DNA of 64,000 nucleotides from an uncultured Methanosarcinales archaeon (GCA_964594395.1 CAZQLW010000001.1:27579-91578), one strand, 5' to 3'. Shown: positions 1 through 10,020, numbered from the stretch's first letter. The notes: generated by a model not told the origin, from the sequence alone. Numbers and translations: made by a program.

Positions 1-59
1 TTAAAAATACGTTATAGTTTTTTTTAAATTAAAATTATAATATTTTTTTTAAATTTTAT

Positions 60-284
60 TTATTTTATTGGTTTGTTAATACATAATGAGTAGTCTGTGC
101 CTGGATTTTTACAAATGTCTTCTGTTTTTTCAATGTGGTCGTTACAATCAGTATTCTCAAAACAATCAACACTAGCAATAACTGTACTTCCAGAGATTCC
201 ATCATTGTTTGAAACTAATAAACCAACGGTGGCGATAACAACAATTAGAAGTACTAGTCCAATAACCGGTTTTAGTCTGTACAT
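60..284 (-). CDS. small secreted/membrane-anchored Cys-containing protein (hypothetical)
   Basis: 74-aa ORF with N-terminal hydrophobic segment (VIGLVLLIVVIATVGLLV) followed by a Cys-containing hydrophilic tail; no recognisable domain. Confidence 0.3.
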   Translation of the reverse strand: MYRLKPVIGLVLLIVVIATVGLLVSNNDGISGSTVIASVDCFENTDCNDHIEKTEDICKNPGTDYSLCINKPIK

Positions 285-342
285 AATTACACCTCTCTTT
301 TCTTAATAAATGATGAAAAGTAGAATAGAAATAAATACTTTT

Positions 343-795
343 CTATTCTACGTACATCTTAAGTCTGTTTGGATCAAATTTCCAATTATCAGGTAATTTT
401 TTAGTTTTCTGATAATATTTAACTAACCTTCTAATTTTTGAGTTAGTAAGTTCTAATCCTCTTTTAGCAACTTGATCATGGTTATTCTTATCTTTATGTT
501 GCTTAATAGCGATCATTTTCTTGATTAAGTTCAATAAATCTTCAGGTAATTCTTTACTCAAATTATTTTCTTCTAATATTGTACTAATCTTCTTATTAGT
601 TATACTTTTAACGCTATGGATACCATAAGCGTCCCTTAATATTGAACCAATTTCTGAACTACTTTTGTCCATTTTTCTATATTTGACAATAAGCTTTTCT
701 ACTTCCTTACTCTTATAAGGTGCCCAGGAAGGGTTTTTTTTAATTGGTTTATTACTTCTACTTTTTCCTTTATCTCTTGAATGCATCCTAGCCAT
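343..795 (-). CDS. rps15: 30S ribosomal protein S15 (uS15, archaeal S13e-type)
   Basis: N-terminus MARMHSRDKGKSRSNKP and overall 150-aa basic protein typical of archaeal/eukaryotic uS15 (S13e). Confidence 0.85.
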   Translation of the reverse strand: MARMHSRDKGKSRSNKPIKKNPSWAPYKSKEVEKLIVKYRKMDKSSSEIGSILRDAYGIHSVKSITNKKISTILEENNLSKELPEDLLNLIKKMIAIKQHKDKNNHDQVAKRGLELTNSKIRRLVKYYQKTKKLPDNWKFDPNRLKMYVE

Positions 796-932
796 TTTAT
801 TTTCTACCTTCTATGTTATTTTTTTAAGGAAATAAAGAATTATCTCTATCTCCAGTATACGTAAGCCGTAACCGACGTATCTCTCGATTTATGGTTAAAA
901 TATGACTTTGATTTATAAATTTAACGGGAAAT

Positions 933-2084
933 TTGTTTATTTCTTTCCCAGTTTCCAATAAATATTTAAACTTAAACAACTCTTATCTGTTAATGGCAAG
1001 TGTACTTGACTATTTCACGCAAGGAAGTCGAATTTTCTTAACTAGCTGGAAAAACAGGTTCATCAAAAAAAAGTATGAAGGGAACGCTGATTCTGTCTGT
1101 CAACAAATTGTTAAAGATTGCTGGAACGGACGCTATTTTCAAACTTCAACAGGAAATTTTCCTCAGTTTTGGACCAGAGATTTTGGTTGGTGTACTCAGG
1201 CTTTGATTAAACTTAAGTACGAAAATGAAGTTCATCAGACTTTAAGGTACGCTCTTAATAGATTCAAAAAGTATAATAAAATTACTACTTCTATCACTCC
1301 GGGAGGTAAACCCTTTGATTTCCCGGTTTTTGCAGTAGATTCATTACCTTGGCTTATTCACAGCATAAAAATATCCAAATTTCCTTACCATGAACATAAA
1401 GCTTTCTTAAACAGAGAAATTAAGAAGTTTTTTTTTGAAGTTATTGATTCACAAACTGGACTTGTCAACCCGGAAAAACAGTTCTCTTCAATTAAAGATT
1501 TTGCAATCAGGAAGAGTTCTTGTTACGATAATTGTTTAGTGGCAATGCTTGCTAACGACCTTAAAAATATGAAATTGTTTAACCCCTTTAGAAAGTATGA
1601 TTATCCTTCATTAATCAGAAGACATTTTTGGAACGGATTATACTTTTATGATGATTTGTCTAAACAGGAATATGTTGCTGGTGATGCTAACTTGTTTCCG
1701 TTCATTTTTGGAATTATTAATGATCAGCAAATGCTTAAATCAGTTTTAAGAAAAGTTCAACAAGTTGAACTTGATCAGCCTTTACCGTTAAAGTACACTC
1801 AAAGTAGGGATAAAATTAATTTTATTTGGGAAGAATTTTTTCTAAAGAATTATGAAAGTGATTCTATCTGGACCCATATGGGGCCGCTTTACATTAAAAT
1901 GGTAAAAACAGTTAACAAAGATTTAGCTCATGAAATGAAAGATAAATATAAAGAAATGATTGAAAAACACGGAAATTATCTTGAAGTATTAAAATTAAAG
2001 GAAGGTCAAGCTAAACCTTACAGTACATTTTTCTATTATTGTGATTCTGGAATGCTTTGGGCAGCTAATTATTTAACTTTGTAA
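933..2084 (+). CDS. six-hairpin (alpha/alpha-toroid) glycoside hydrolase-like protein (GH15/GH63/debranching-enzyme-like)
   Basis: Motif GNFPQFWTRDFGW resembles the WTRD/WxRD motif of glucoamylase/GH63/GDE-type six-hairpin glycosidases. The true start may be the internal Met at about 993. Confidence 0.45.
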   Translation: MFISFPVSNKYLNLNNSYLLMASVLDYFTQGSRIFLTSWKNRFIKKKYEGNADSVCQQIVKDCWNGRYFQTSTGNFPQFWTRDFGWCTQALIKLKYENEVHQTLRYALNRFKKYNKITTSITPGGKPFDFPVFAVDSLPWLIHSIKISKFPYHEHKAFLNREIKKFFFEVIDSQTGLVNPEKQFSSIKDFAIRKSSCYDNCLVAMLANDLKNMKLFNPFRKYDYPSLIRRHFWNGLYFYDDLSKQEYVAGDANLFPFIFGIINDQQMLKSVLRKVQQVELDQPLPLKYTQSRDKINFIWEEFFLKNYESDSIWTHMGPLYIKMVKTVNKDLAHEMKDKYKEMIEKHGNYLEVLKLKEGQAKPYSTFFYYCDSGMLWAANYLTL

Positions 2085-2122
2085 TTAATTCTTTGTTTGT
2101 AAAGATTATAAAAGAAAAAAAT

Positions 2123-2180
2123 AAATCTTGCCCTGGGGGTTTTTACCAGGGGTGGTGGTTAGAACGAAAGGGCAAGATTT
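2123..2180. terminator. 12-bp perfect-stem hairpin (AAATCTTGCCCT...AGGGCAAGATTT) in convergent intergenic region
   Basis: Perfect inverted repeat 2123-2134 / 2169-2180 with a G-rich 34-nt loop. A competing inner stem CCCTGG/CCAGGG exists. It lies between the stops of the convergent glycosidase and ftsZ genes. Confidence 0.3.
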
Positions 2181-2206
2181 TGAATGTGAATGTAAAAATT
2201 GAAGAG

Positions 2207-2234
2207 TACAGCTTGCAAATCTCTACAAGCTGTA
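2207..2234. terminator. 9-bp stem hairpin (TACAGCTTG...CAAGCTGTA)
   Basis: Perfect inverted repeat 2207-2215 / 2226-2234 with a 10-nt loop. It is the second hairpin in the same convergent gap and could be a bidirectional terminator or part of a small RNA. Confidence 0.3.
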
Positions 2235-2287
2235 GATTCTATCAACCTCTTTTTCCCACTGAAAGTCAATGGGTACTTGACTTGTTC

Positions 2288-3391
2288 TTATACTAACTCA
2301 ATCCCTAACTCCTTACTTAGAGTTTGAGCCCGTTTCTCAGCATGTTGCTGGTTAATTTTTCCTAAGATCCAAGGAGAGTTAACGCCTGTAATGATTGTCA
2401 TCACAGTTAGTTTACCTTTCATCTCATCAGTTACTCGAGCTCCCCAAATTACATTAGCATCATCATCTAATGATTCTGTTACTAATTCTCCAATTCGGGA
2501 TACTTCATCAAGAGTCATGTCTGTTCCGCCGGTTACATGAATTAAAGCTCCTGTAGCTCCTTCATAGCTAATATCTAATAAAGGATTGCTTAACGCACCT
2601 TTTACAGCTTCTTCAACTCTATTGTTAGTATCTGAGCTACCAACTCCAATTGCTGCAACTCCGCCGTTAGTCATGATTGCTTTAACATCTGCATAGTCTA
2701 AGTTAACTAAACTTGGTACAGCAATAGTTTCAACAATACCCTTAATCATTGTTGCAATTAACTCATTAGCAACTGAGAAAGCTTGTTGAATTGGTAAGTT
2801 ACCAGCAATTTGTACTAATCTATTGTTATCAATCACAATAACTGTATCACAAACTTGTCTTAACTGTTGTAATCCAAATTCTGCTTTGTCACATCTTGCT
2901 CGTTCAATATTAAAAGGCATCGTAACTGTTCCAATTACAATTGATCCGGTATCTTTAGCAACCTGTGCTACTACTGGACTAGCTCCTGTTCCGGTTCCGC
3001 CACCCATTCCAGCGCAAACAAAAACCATATCTGAACTTTTCAAAGAATCCTTAACTTGATTAAGGGATTCCTGTGCTGCTTCTGCTCCTCTGTTTGGAAA
3101 TCCTCCGCATCCAAGTCCACGGGTACAATCTTTACCAATTAAAAATTTTCGATCAGAACCGGTAATGTTAAGATGTTGTTGATCGGTATTAGTGGCAATT
3201 ATTTCTGCTCCTTTAATTCCTTTCTTGTAAAGCCAGCCAACCATATTGTTTCCTGCTCCACCAACGCCAATAACTTTAATATTAGCTTGCATATCATTTA
3301 CGCCCGCCTCGGGCATGTTCTGCATGTTCTCAAACGCTTTTTCCACGATAAAATCCATTTTTTCCACCACCTCAGTGTTTTTCACCCTCAT
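2288..3391 (-). CDS. ftsZ: cell division GTPase FtsZ
   Basis: Tubulin/FtsZ signature GGGTGTGASPVVA and GVGGAGNN glycine loop. Start placed at MRVKN; the six-frame ORF extends to 3430. Confidence 0.9.
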   Translation of the reverse strand: MRVKNTEVVEKMDFIVEKAFENMQNMPEAGVNDMQANIKVIGVGGAGNNMVGWLYKKGIKGAEIIATNTDQQHLNITGSDRKFLIGKDCTRGLGCGGFPNRGAEAAQESLNQVKDSLKSSDMVFVCAGMGGGTGTGASPVVAQVAKDTGSIVIGTVTMPFNIERARCDKAEFGLQQLRQVCDTVIVIDNNRLVQIAGNLPIQQAFSVANELIATMIKGIVETIAVPSLVNLDYADVKAIMTNGGVAAIGVGSSDTNNRVEEAVKGALSNPLLDISYEGATGALIHVTGGTDMTLDEVSRIGELVTESLDDDANVIWGARVTDEMKGKLTVMTIITGVNSPWILGKINQQHAEKRAQTLSKELGIELV

Positions 3392-3663
3392 GTGTGTTGT
3401 TTTTTGGAATATATATATTCCAGCACACAAAAGATTATATATATGTTTGTATTACTTTCTCTTAGAATTAACGTTACCAAAACACCATACCAATACCTAA
3501 TTTAAACGAAGAGAATTAACTTTTGTACATACCAAACAATCAATTTCGTTGCGAGGTTACCAAGCTCTCAACAAAAACACCCTAATTTAGTTTCTTAGAA
3601 AGTTACGTTACTATATAAAGTTTTCTATTTTTCAGAACTTACTTTTTTGATTGCATTTAACGC

Positions 3664-4335
3664 TTATTTTTTATCTTCACTAATTTTTTCTTTCACTTTG
3701 TCGACGACAAAATTAGTTGTTTGTTCTAAAGAAGTTTTTACTGCACTAGCTTTCCTAGCAAGAATTGTTGCAATATCATTAACATATTTTGCTGGATCTC
3801 TGATTCTATTTCTCCACTTATGAAAGTAAACTAAAGTTTCTAAAGGATATTTTGGAGGTTTATCAGGAATTTCTTTAGGATAACCTAAAGCAATGATCGC
3901 TTGTGGCCTTATTTCTTCGGGAATCCCTAATAAAGATTTAACTGCCTCCTCATCAAACCCACCTATCCATCTTGTCCCTAGGCCTAAAGAATGGGCTTCT
4001 AAGAGCATATTTTGGATTGCTGCGGCACAATTTTGAACGGTATAAAGCCGTTCTCCTCTCAAACCATAGTAGCGTTCACCTTTATCTGGTTCAGCACAAA
4101 TTAAGATTAAAGCACCTGCTTGAATAATTTCATATTGTTCGTAAGAAGATTGAGCAATTTGTTGTTTTAAGTCTGATTCTAAGATAACTACAAATTTCCA
4201 GTTTTGAATATTTCCGCAACTTGGAGCGTGTCTTCCTGCTTCTATAACCCGAGAAATCTTTTCCCAAGATACAAATTTAGGAAGGAAATACTTAATTGTT
4301 CTTCTTGATTTGATTAAATTTAATATATCTGTCAT
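3664..4335 (-). CDS. nitroreductase-family flavoprotein
   Basis: N-terminal RRTIKYF...AGRHAPSCGNIQNWKFVV pattern is typical of the NfnB/NADH-oxidase nitroreductase fold. Confidence 0.75.
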   Translation of the reverse strand: MTDILNLIKSRRTIKYFLPKFVSWEKISRVIEAGRHAPSCGNIQNWKFVVILESDLKQQIAQSSYEQYEIIQAGALILICAEPDKGERYYGLRGERLYTVQNCAAAIQNMLLEAHSLGLGTRWIGGFDEEAVKSLLGIPEEIRPQAIIALGYPKEIPDKPPKYPLETLVYFHKWRNRIRDPAKYVNDIATILARKASAVKTSLEQTTNFVVDKVKEKISEDKK

Positions 4336-4440
4336 AAAAGCACCACTTTTTTAAAAGTAAGTATTCTTTTTAACTATATATATTTAACGTTTTCATCTTA
4401 ATTTAAACCAAGATTCCAGATTTGAAAACCAATTTCATTT

Positions 4441-5016
4441 TTGAAAAGACATTCCAAAATAGAAAACAATATAAATCAAAAGAAAATCTTACTGAGTATG
4501 GTAAAGAGGGGTGTACTGATTAAACTTATTGATCAAAAGAAAGCAGCAATTCTTCAAGTGATTACTAATTCAAAAGAAGAAATGTATTTGAAAGAAATTG
4601 CTGAAAAAAGTAATGTTTCTATTACTTCAACTTTTAGAATTCTTAAAGAACTAGTTGAATTAGACATTCTGGGAAAGAAAGAATGGAAAACCAGTAAAGT
4701 TTACTATTGTCAAAAAAATGCAAAAGTGGATTTTCTGAAAGACATTTTTACTGAAACATATGACGGATTAAATGAATTTGTTAATTTGGTTAAAGATTTT
4801 CCTGAAATTGAAAATATTATCTTACATGGGGTTAAGAAGAAAAGTAAAGCTAACTTGCTTTTGATTGGCCAGGATATTGATGGAAATAAAGTTGAAGATG
4901 CTTGCCAACAAGTAAGGGATAAAGGTTTTGATTTAAGTTACCTTACTTTAACTAAAAGCCAATATGCTCAAATGGCTAAAATGGGCTTATATTCTGGAGA
5001 AAAGAAAGTTCTATAA
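4441..5016 (+). CDS. winged-helix transcriptional regulator (hypothetical)
   Basis: Helix-turn-helix-like segment LKEIAEKSNVSITSTFRILKELVELDIL near the N-terminus. Confidence 0.45.
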   Translation: MKRHSKIENNINQKKILLSMVKRGVLIKLIDQKKAAILQVITNSKEEMYLKEIAEKSNVSITSTFRILKELVELDILGKKEWKTSKVYYCQKNAKVDFLKDIFTETYDGLNEFVNLVKDFPEIENIILHGVKKKSKANLLLIGQDIDGNKVEDACQQVRDKGFDLSYLTLTKSQYAQMAKMGLYSGEKKVL

Positions 5017-5078
5017 TTTTGTTTAAATTGTTGATAAGTAAAAAAATAAAGAAAAAAAGTTAAAAATTTGTTATTTAC

Positions 5079-6020
5079 TTATTTACTACTTATATCTACT
5101 GTTTTTTTATGTGTAGCCATTAGTTTATTATCCGCATCATACAATGTTAAGATAATTTCTACATTAGTTAAATCACCAGCACTTAATTCACTATAAGCGA
5201 AACCTTTTGGGACAATAGCACTAGATGATGCTAAAGATTTTGCTGGAATCTTCTTTGAAGTTGCGGGTAAAGGAACATTTTTTTCGATATCAGAATAACC
5301 TTCAACAGTCATGATAAAATAATCTGGTTTAATTATTCCTTCTTCACTATTTTTAATAGTATACCCAACATTTGTTATTTTTCCCCATGTACCTTTCCAA
5401 TCAAACTTAACATCTTTAATTGCTAGTCCAACTTTACTATATTTAGTGATGATCACTTCTTCTGCTTGAACATCTTCTTCAACTGTAGCGGTTTCTTCTT
5501 CACTAACTTCTTCTGTAGTTTTAGTAGTATTATTTGTTATTGCTGCTGTTATTTCATCACTTTCAGTAGTTATTGGATCTGATTTATCTACTGTTTCAGG
5601 ACTACTTTCTTCAGAACCAGAAAATAAACTTGTAAAAAATCCACTTACTTTAGTTGAAAACGATGGGTTTGTACCTTCTGTAGCAAGGTTATCTACGACC
5701 TCTGCAGTAGTACTTTGTTCAATAGTACAATCTCCTACGCTGAACCTTCCTACAAAGAATATCACTGTAAAAAGTAAAATGATTATTAAATATTTTAATA
5801 TTTGTCTAGGTTTGAATTTAATATCAAACTCTTCATCTAATACTGATTGATGATGTTTTTTATGACTTTTTACCGGTATTTGTACTTTTTTTACTTTACG
5901 TTTAATCGGTTTAACGTTTTCTTCTTCAATTTCTTGGTTAGAAATTGGGCTTTCTTCTTCTTCCATCTCTTCTGATAAAGGTTCATTTTCTCTTTGAAAT
6001 TCTTCTTTTTTAAACTCCAT
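5079..6020 (-). CDS. membrane protein with acidic N-terminal tail and Thr/Glu-rich extracellular region (hypothetical)
   Basis: Highly acidic N-terminus, single TM (YLIIILLFTVIFFVGRF), low-complexity Thr/Glu-rich segment. Confidence 0.4.
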   Translation of the reverse strand: MEFKKEEFQRENEPLSEEMEEEESPISNQEIEEENVKPIKRKVKKVQIPVKSHKKHHQSVLDEEFDIKFKPRQILKYLIIILLFTVIFFVGRFSVGDCTIEQSTTAEVVDNLATEGTNPSFSTKVSGFFTSLFSGSEESSPETVDKSDPITTESDEITAAITNNTTKTTEEVSEEETATVEEDVQAEEVIITKYSKVGLAIKDVKFDWKGTWGKITNVGYTIKNSEEGIIKPDYFIMTVEGYSDIEKNVPLPATSKKIPAKSLASSSAIVPKGFAYSELSAGDLTNVEIILTLYDADNKLMATHKKTVDISSK

Positions 6021-6042
6021 TTTTATTTTTATCCTCCTTTTG

Positions 6043-6237
6043 TTAAATTATAAAAAATATTATTGATAAAATGATTAGAAATAATCCTCCTCCCATGGAA
6101 CCAAAAGCAATTTGTTCACCTAAAGTTAAATTTTTAAAATTTTTAAGCTTATTAATTAGAAAATTTGTCCCATCAGTTATTTTTTGATTAAAAACTGCTA
6201 ACTGTTGGTTTAATTTGCTGGTATCTATTCCACTCAT
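6043..6237 (-). CDS. small C-terminally anchored membrane protein (hypothetical)
   Basis: 64-aa ORF with C-terminal TM (GGGLFLIILSIIFFII). Confidence 0.3.
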   Translation of the reverse strand: MSGIDTSKLNQQLAVFNQKITDGTNFLINKLKNFKNLTLGEQIAFGSMGGGLFLIILSIIFFII

Positions 6238-6309
6238 TTTTAAGTTAACTAATATTAAGTAATATAAAAATTTATTGTTTTGAAGCTTTTAATAAAACTA
6301 CTATGAAAA

Positions 6310-7773
6310 TTATTTTAAAGCTTTATTAACATCTTTCTCTTTCCAGCCAGAACTTAACAAAGTTTCTTTAATTTTTTGGCCAGAAATTCCTTTCTTCATT
6401 TCTTTTTCAATATAATCTTTAATCTTGGAAGGTTTATTTTTTTGAGGTTGAATTACTAAGAAATAAACTAATACGCCGATAATAATTAACAAAATTAATG
6501 ATCCAATTATGATTAACGGCATTTTTATTCCATCCCAAATACTAACAGAGCCAGCCCATTCAGACGTTGTTGATTCTTCAACTTTAACTTCTGATTCTAA
6601 ATCAGTTTCATACTCTTGACCTTCAGATCCTAAATCTAACTGATTTTCGTCTTTTAAGATGGTTGAATCTTCTTCATCACATGATTTCTCAAGATCTGGT
6701 TTTAATTTAGTTGTTTCACAAAAATGTTGATCAGCACAAGTTCTTGTTTGTTTATCATTCTGGCAGTCATTCCATTTACCACAAACCCAATCTTCAACAC
6801 ATTTTTGACAATCTTGGGTTTCTGTCTTTGTTGCTAGGCAATCATTTTTATCTGTACAGGTTTTGGTTTGTTTAAGTTCTTTATTACAATATGACCAGCT
6901 TGTACAGATTAAATTTGGTTTACAGCTGGAAGTTTTAGAAGTTGTACTTTTAACAACTTTTTTATTTTCGTCCAAAAAGTCTGTTACTTCTGTCCTGATT
7001 TTAGTAACATCATCTATTAAATTTTCAAGGTCCTCAATTAAAGTTTCATTTTTTGGAGATTCCTGTTTAAGCAAATTTGTGTAATCTTTAGCTTGATTTT
7101 TAAGAGATTTCAAATCTCTTCTTAATTCTTGCAAGCCATCTTTATAATCTTCGAAAGTTTTCTCTTCTTCTTCTTCTTCTTCTAAGTCTTCATCTTCTAA
7201 GTCTTCATCTTCCTCTTTTAAGTCATCATCTTCATCTTCATCTTCATCTTCATCACTGGTTACATTTACATTTTCTTCAACTTTAACACCTTTCAGTTCC
7301 AAATAGCCTTCTTTATATTCATCATAAAATTCTGAATAGTTATCCAATTGTTCTTCAAACCATTCATAACTATAATTTATTGGTTCGGTAGTAACTGTTG
7401 TTACTATTTCTTCTTCAACTTCTACTACTTCTGTTGAACAACCTGGGGAATTAATACAGATTTTTACTGTTTTTGAAGTACCATCAGCACATTTAACTTC
7501 AAGATTATAAGAACCTGAATAAGGGTCAGAATTTGTATTATAATAAGTATCCCAGCTACCGTAACCCTGCTCAACAACAATTAAGTCAGTATAAATGTTA
7601 GACATTAAAAATAATGAAGTCCTTGCACAATCAGAAATGGATATCTCTACTATTTTATTAGAAGAATATTCGTCCTTATCAGTTTCAATTTCAACCGCGT
7701 TAACTAAACTTACAAGGATTAAAATTGTCAAGATCAAGAAAAGTATATTTTTAAGAGTCTTCATCATATTCAA
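6310..7773 (-). CDS. secreted surface protein with poly-acidic tract, Cys-rich repeats and C-terminal TM anchor
   Basis: N-terminal signal peptide. (D/E)n tract encoded by a GAA/GAT microsatellite-like run. Repeated C-x-W-x-C...C-x-D-x-x-C modules. C-terminal TM followed by basic tail. Confidence 0.5.
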   Translation of the reverse strand: MNMMKTLKNILFLILTILILVSLVNAVEIETDKDEYSSNKIVEISISDCARTSLFLMSNIYTDLIVVEQGYGSWDTYYNTNSDPYSGSYNLEVKCADGTSKTVKICINSPGCSTEVVEVEEEIVTTVTTEPINYSYEWFEEQLDNYSEFYDEYKEGYLELKGVKVEENVNVTSDEDEDEDEDDDLKEEDEDLEDEDLEEEEEEEKTFEDYKDGLQELRRDLKSLKNQAKDYTNLLKQESPKNETLIEDLENLIDDVTKIRTEVTDFLDENKKVVKSTTSKTSSCKPNLICTSWSYCNKELKQTKTCTDKNDCLATKTETQDCQKCVEDWVCGKWNDCQNDKQTRTCADQHFCETTKLKPDLEKSCDEEDSTILKDENQLDLGSEGQEYETDLESEVKVEESTTSEWAGSVSIWDGIKMPLIIIGSLILLIIIGVLVYFLVIQPQKNKPSKIKDYIEKEMKKGISGQKIKETLLSSGWKEKDVNKALK

Positions 7774-9220
7774 TTACATAAGTTTCGTTAAGGTATACTG
7801 TCCATTTACTGGGATCAGGAATATCGTAAACTTCAACAGTCTTTTTAGAGATTTGATCAGAGTTTGGTACATCTGCACTAAGATACACGTTCTCGTATTT
7901 TTCTAAAGCTAAAGATTTTGTTCTACTTATAGATAAGATAGAATTATCTTTGTCATAAGTTGTTATAATTACCCAAAATGGTTTTTTAGTATCTGCTTTT
8001 GCTTTAATTGTAATTCCTTCTTTATTCCATTCTGATGCACTGACTAAAGCTGGATTTTCAATACAAGCACCTTTAACGCAAGTCATTTTCTCTGGGCAAG
8101 TTATTTCTTCTTTTACGATTCGTCCATTTTCTGCACAAGTATGTTCAATCACTTTTGTACCGCTACAACCATCTTCATAAGTAGTAATAGAATCATAATA
8201 ATTTTTACCTTGCTTTTTTAGTTCTAATCCGGTAATGTTACCGGTAACATGGATATTATCACTATCTGAATCAGTACAACCATTAAAACAGTCAGGGTAA
8301 TGATGATAACCATAATAATAACAACCATTAGAACAAGTAGTTTCTTTAACACTTAATCCTGTTTCAGAACAAGAAAAATCTACAAATGTTTGATTATCTT
8401 TACAAAAATCATGGACCTTTTTATTAATAATGTCGGTTTTATCATTGAATAAAGAAAAATTAACCATTCCTTTCATCCAATTAAATTCTGAATTTTGGTT
8501 ATCAACACATTGAAAACATGCACCTTTAGTACAAGAATAATCTTCTGGACATTCAATAATTTCAGAAGTTAAATTATTTTCTGTACAGGAATACTTTTTA
8601 ATTGAATCTTTTGATTCACAACTGTTCTCATGAAGTGTTTTACCTTTTTGGACAAAAGCAGGTTCAAAATTAATATTAATTGTAGAATATTTATCTTCAT
8701 GGTTTTTAAAATTTGGATTATTGAAAAAAGATAAAATTTTGTTTTTTGAATTTGGTCCGTAAAGTTGACTACATTGTGAACCAATAATATCTTCCAACAT
8801 TAAGTTTCCCCAATAAAAAGAATAATCTTCTCCAACGATTAAAGCCTGTTCATCTTCAAACTCGTCATTATATTCCCAATTGTATTGAAAAATACAAGTT
8901 CCACCATCTTCACCAGTAATATCATTAACCTTAATGTTAATTATATCGTCATTAAAATTAATCATTCCCATTTTATTTTTTGGAATAAACAATTCACTTT
9001 TTTGACCATTCTCGGAATTAAACTTAAAAACACATACTGGTGAAGTATCAGTTGCGTTTTCGGTGTAATAACCTTTACCAACGAACGTATCAGTAAAAAA
9101 TAGTAAAGAAACAAGAACAATAATTGCTACTAACGAGATTGCTAAAATGAGATATGGTTTCTGCTTGTTAGTTTTAGAAACAGTTTTAACTACCCTTTTC
9201 TTCACTCTCTTTTTTACCAT
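7751..9220 (-). CDS. membrane-anchored Cys-rich extracellular protein
   Basis: Basic N-terminus plus TM, then many Cys including repeated CPEDYSCTKGACFQC / CPEKMTCVKGACIE modules. Confidence 0.5.
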   Translation of the reverse strand: MVKKRVKKRVVKTVSKTNKQKPYLILAISLVAIIVLVSLLFFTDTFVGKGYYTENATDTSPVCVFKFNSENGQKSELFIPKNKMGMINFNDDIINIKVNDITGEDGGTCIFQYNWEYNDEFEDEQALIVGEDYSFYWGNLMLEDIIGSQCSQLYGPNSKNKILSFFNNPNFKNHEDKYSTININFEPAFVQKGKTLHENSCESKDSIKKYSCTENNLTSEIIECPEDYSCTKGACFQCVDNQNSEFNWMKGMVNFSLFNDKTDIINKKVHDFCKDNQTFVDFSCSETGLSVKETTCSNGCYYYGYHHYPDCFNGCTDSDSDNIHVTGNITGLELKKQGKNYYDSITTYEDGCSGTKVIEHTCAENGRIVKEEITCPEKMTCVKGACIENPALVSASEWNKEGITIKAKADTKKPFWVIITTYDKDNSILSISRTKSLALEKYENVYLSADVPNSDQISKKTVEVYDIPDPSKWTVYLNETYVIEYDEDS

Positions 9221-9276
9221 ATCATAAAATGAATATTTTATCGTTTATATAATTTTTCTTTTATAAGAAAGTAATT

Positions 9277-9372
9277 TGTCCGCTTTGCCAAATGAGGCAC
9301 ATGGTACACTAATCAAAAATAATTAATTGGTACCATAATCGTGCCGTGCAAGCTGACAGATTACTTTTTTTT
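9277..9372 (+). repeat. structured roughly 95-nt element, copy A (nested stems GGCAC/GTGCC and ATGGTAC/GTACCAT) followed by T8 run
   Basis: Homologous to 10255-10350 in inverted orientation. Nested hairpin predicted. Ends in TTTTTTTT (9365-9372). Confidence 0.5.
9365..9372 (+). terminator. oligo-T tract (archaeal-type terminator signal) following structured element copy A
   Basis: Eight consecutive T residues immediately 3' of the hairpin element. Confidence 0.3.
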
Positions 9373-9409
9373 GTTAAAATTAAATTAAAATAATAAGAAA
9401 AAGAACAGT

Positions 9410-9841
9410 TTACTTTTTATCTTCTGCTGGCTTTTCTTCAGCTTTTTCAGGAGCAGCTTCTTCACCTAATGATTTAGCTCCCTCTTTAACAATTTTAAGG
9501 TTAACTTGTCTGATGATTTTAGTAACTCTTTCACCGCAAACAGTTTTCCTTTTTAGAATTCCACCCTGGGTTTTCTTGTCTCTTTTCTTACCACTAGAGC
9601 CGACACCTTTACCTTTGATTAAAATTCGTTTTCTTGGAATTTGAATTCCGCTTCTCATTGGAAATCCACACTTATCTGAACCGCCAGTGATTATAAATTC
9701 ATAACCGTCAAATCCTAAATCTTTACCAGAAATTGTTTCTCCAATCCTTTTTTTCAAAAGATTATCCGCTTCCGGACTTTTAATTTCTTTTTGATGTGTT
9801 TTACCATCTTTTGCGCCAATTACGCATTTAAAGTCTACCAT
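9410..9841 (-). CDS. rps6e: 30S ribosomal protein S6e (eS6)
   Basis: ITGGSDKCGFPMRSGI matches the conserved S6e core (I-x-GG-x-DKQGFPMKQG). Confidence 0.8.
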   Translation of the reverse strand: MVDFKCVIGAKDGKTHQKEIKSPEADNLLKKRIGETISGKDLGFDGYEFIITGGSDKCGFPMRSGIQIPRKRILIKGKGVGSSGKKRDKKTQGGILKRKTVCGERVTKIIRQVNLKIVKEGAKSLGEEAAPEKAEEKPAEDKK

Positions 9842-10020
9842 TTTAGTTTATCTCCCGAGACTCAAGAACCTAACGATTCACGCCCAAATAGGGTTATCTC
9901 AGCTATGTTTAAAGTGTATTTTGATGGTGGTTTATAAATTATTTGTTAATTTTTTTAAATTCAGTAAAAACAGCTAAAGCTAGCAATACCTAGAAGAAAT
10001 TGTTTATTTTTTTACTATGT

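Noticed and set aside
2093-2296. 67-aa plus-strand ORF in the ftsZ/glycosidase intergenic gap
   Set aside because: It is composed largely of the two hairpin sequences and runs into the ftsZ stop. It is more parsimonious as structured non-coding DNA.
2823-3505. Plus-strand ORFs 2823-3059, 3173-3505 and 3246-3500 inside or overlapping ftsZ
   Set aside because: They lie antisense to a strongly supported ftsZ CDS, and their translations are low-complexity with no motifs. They are most likely spurious.
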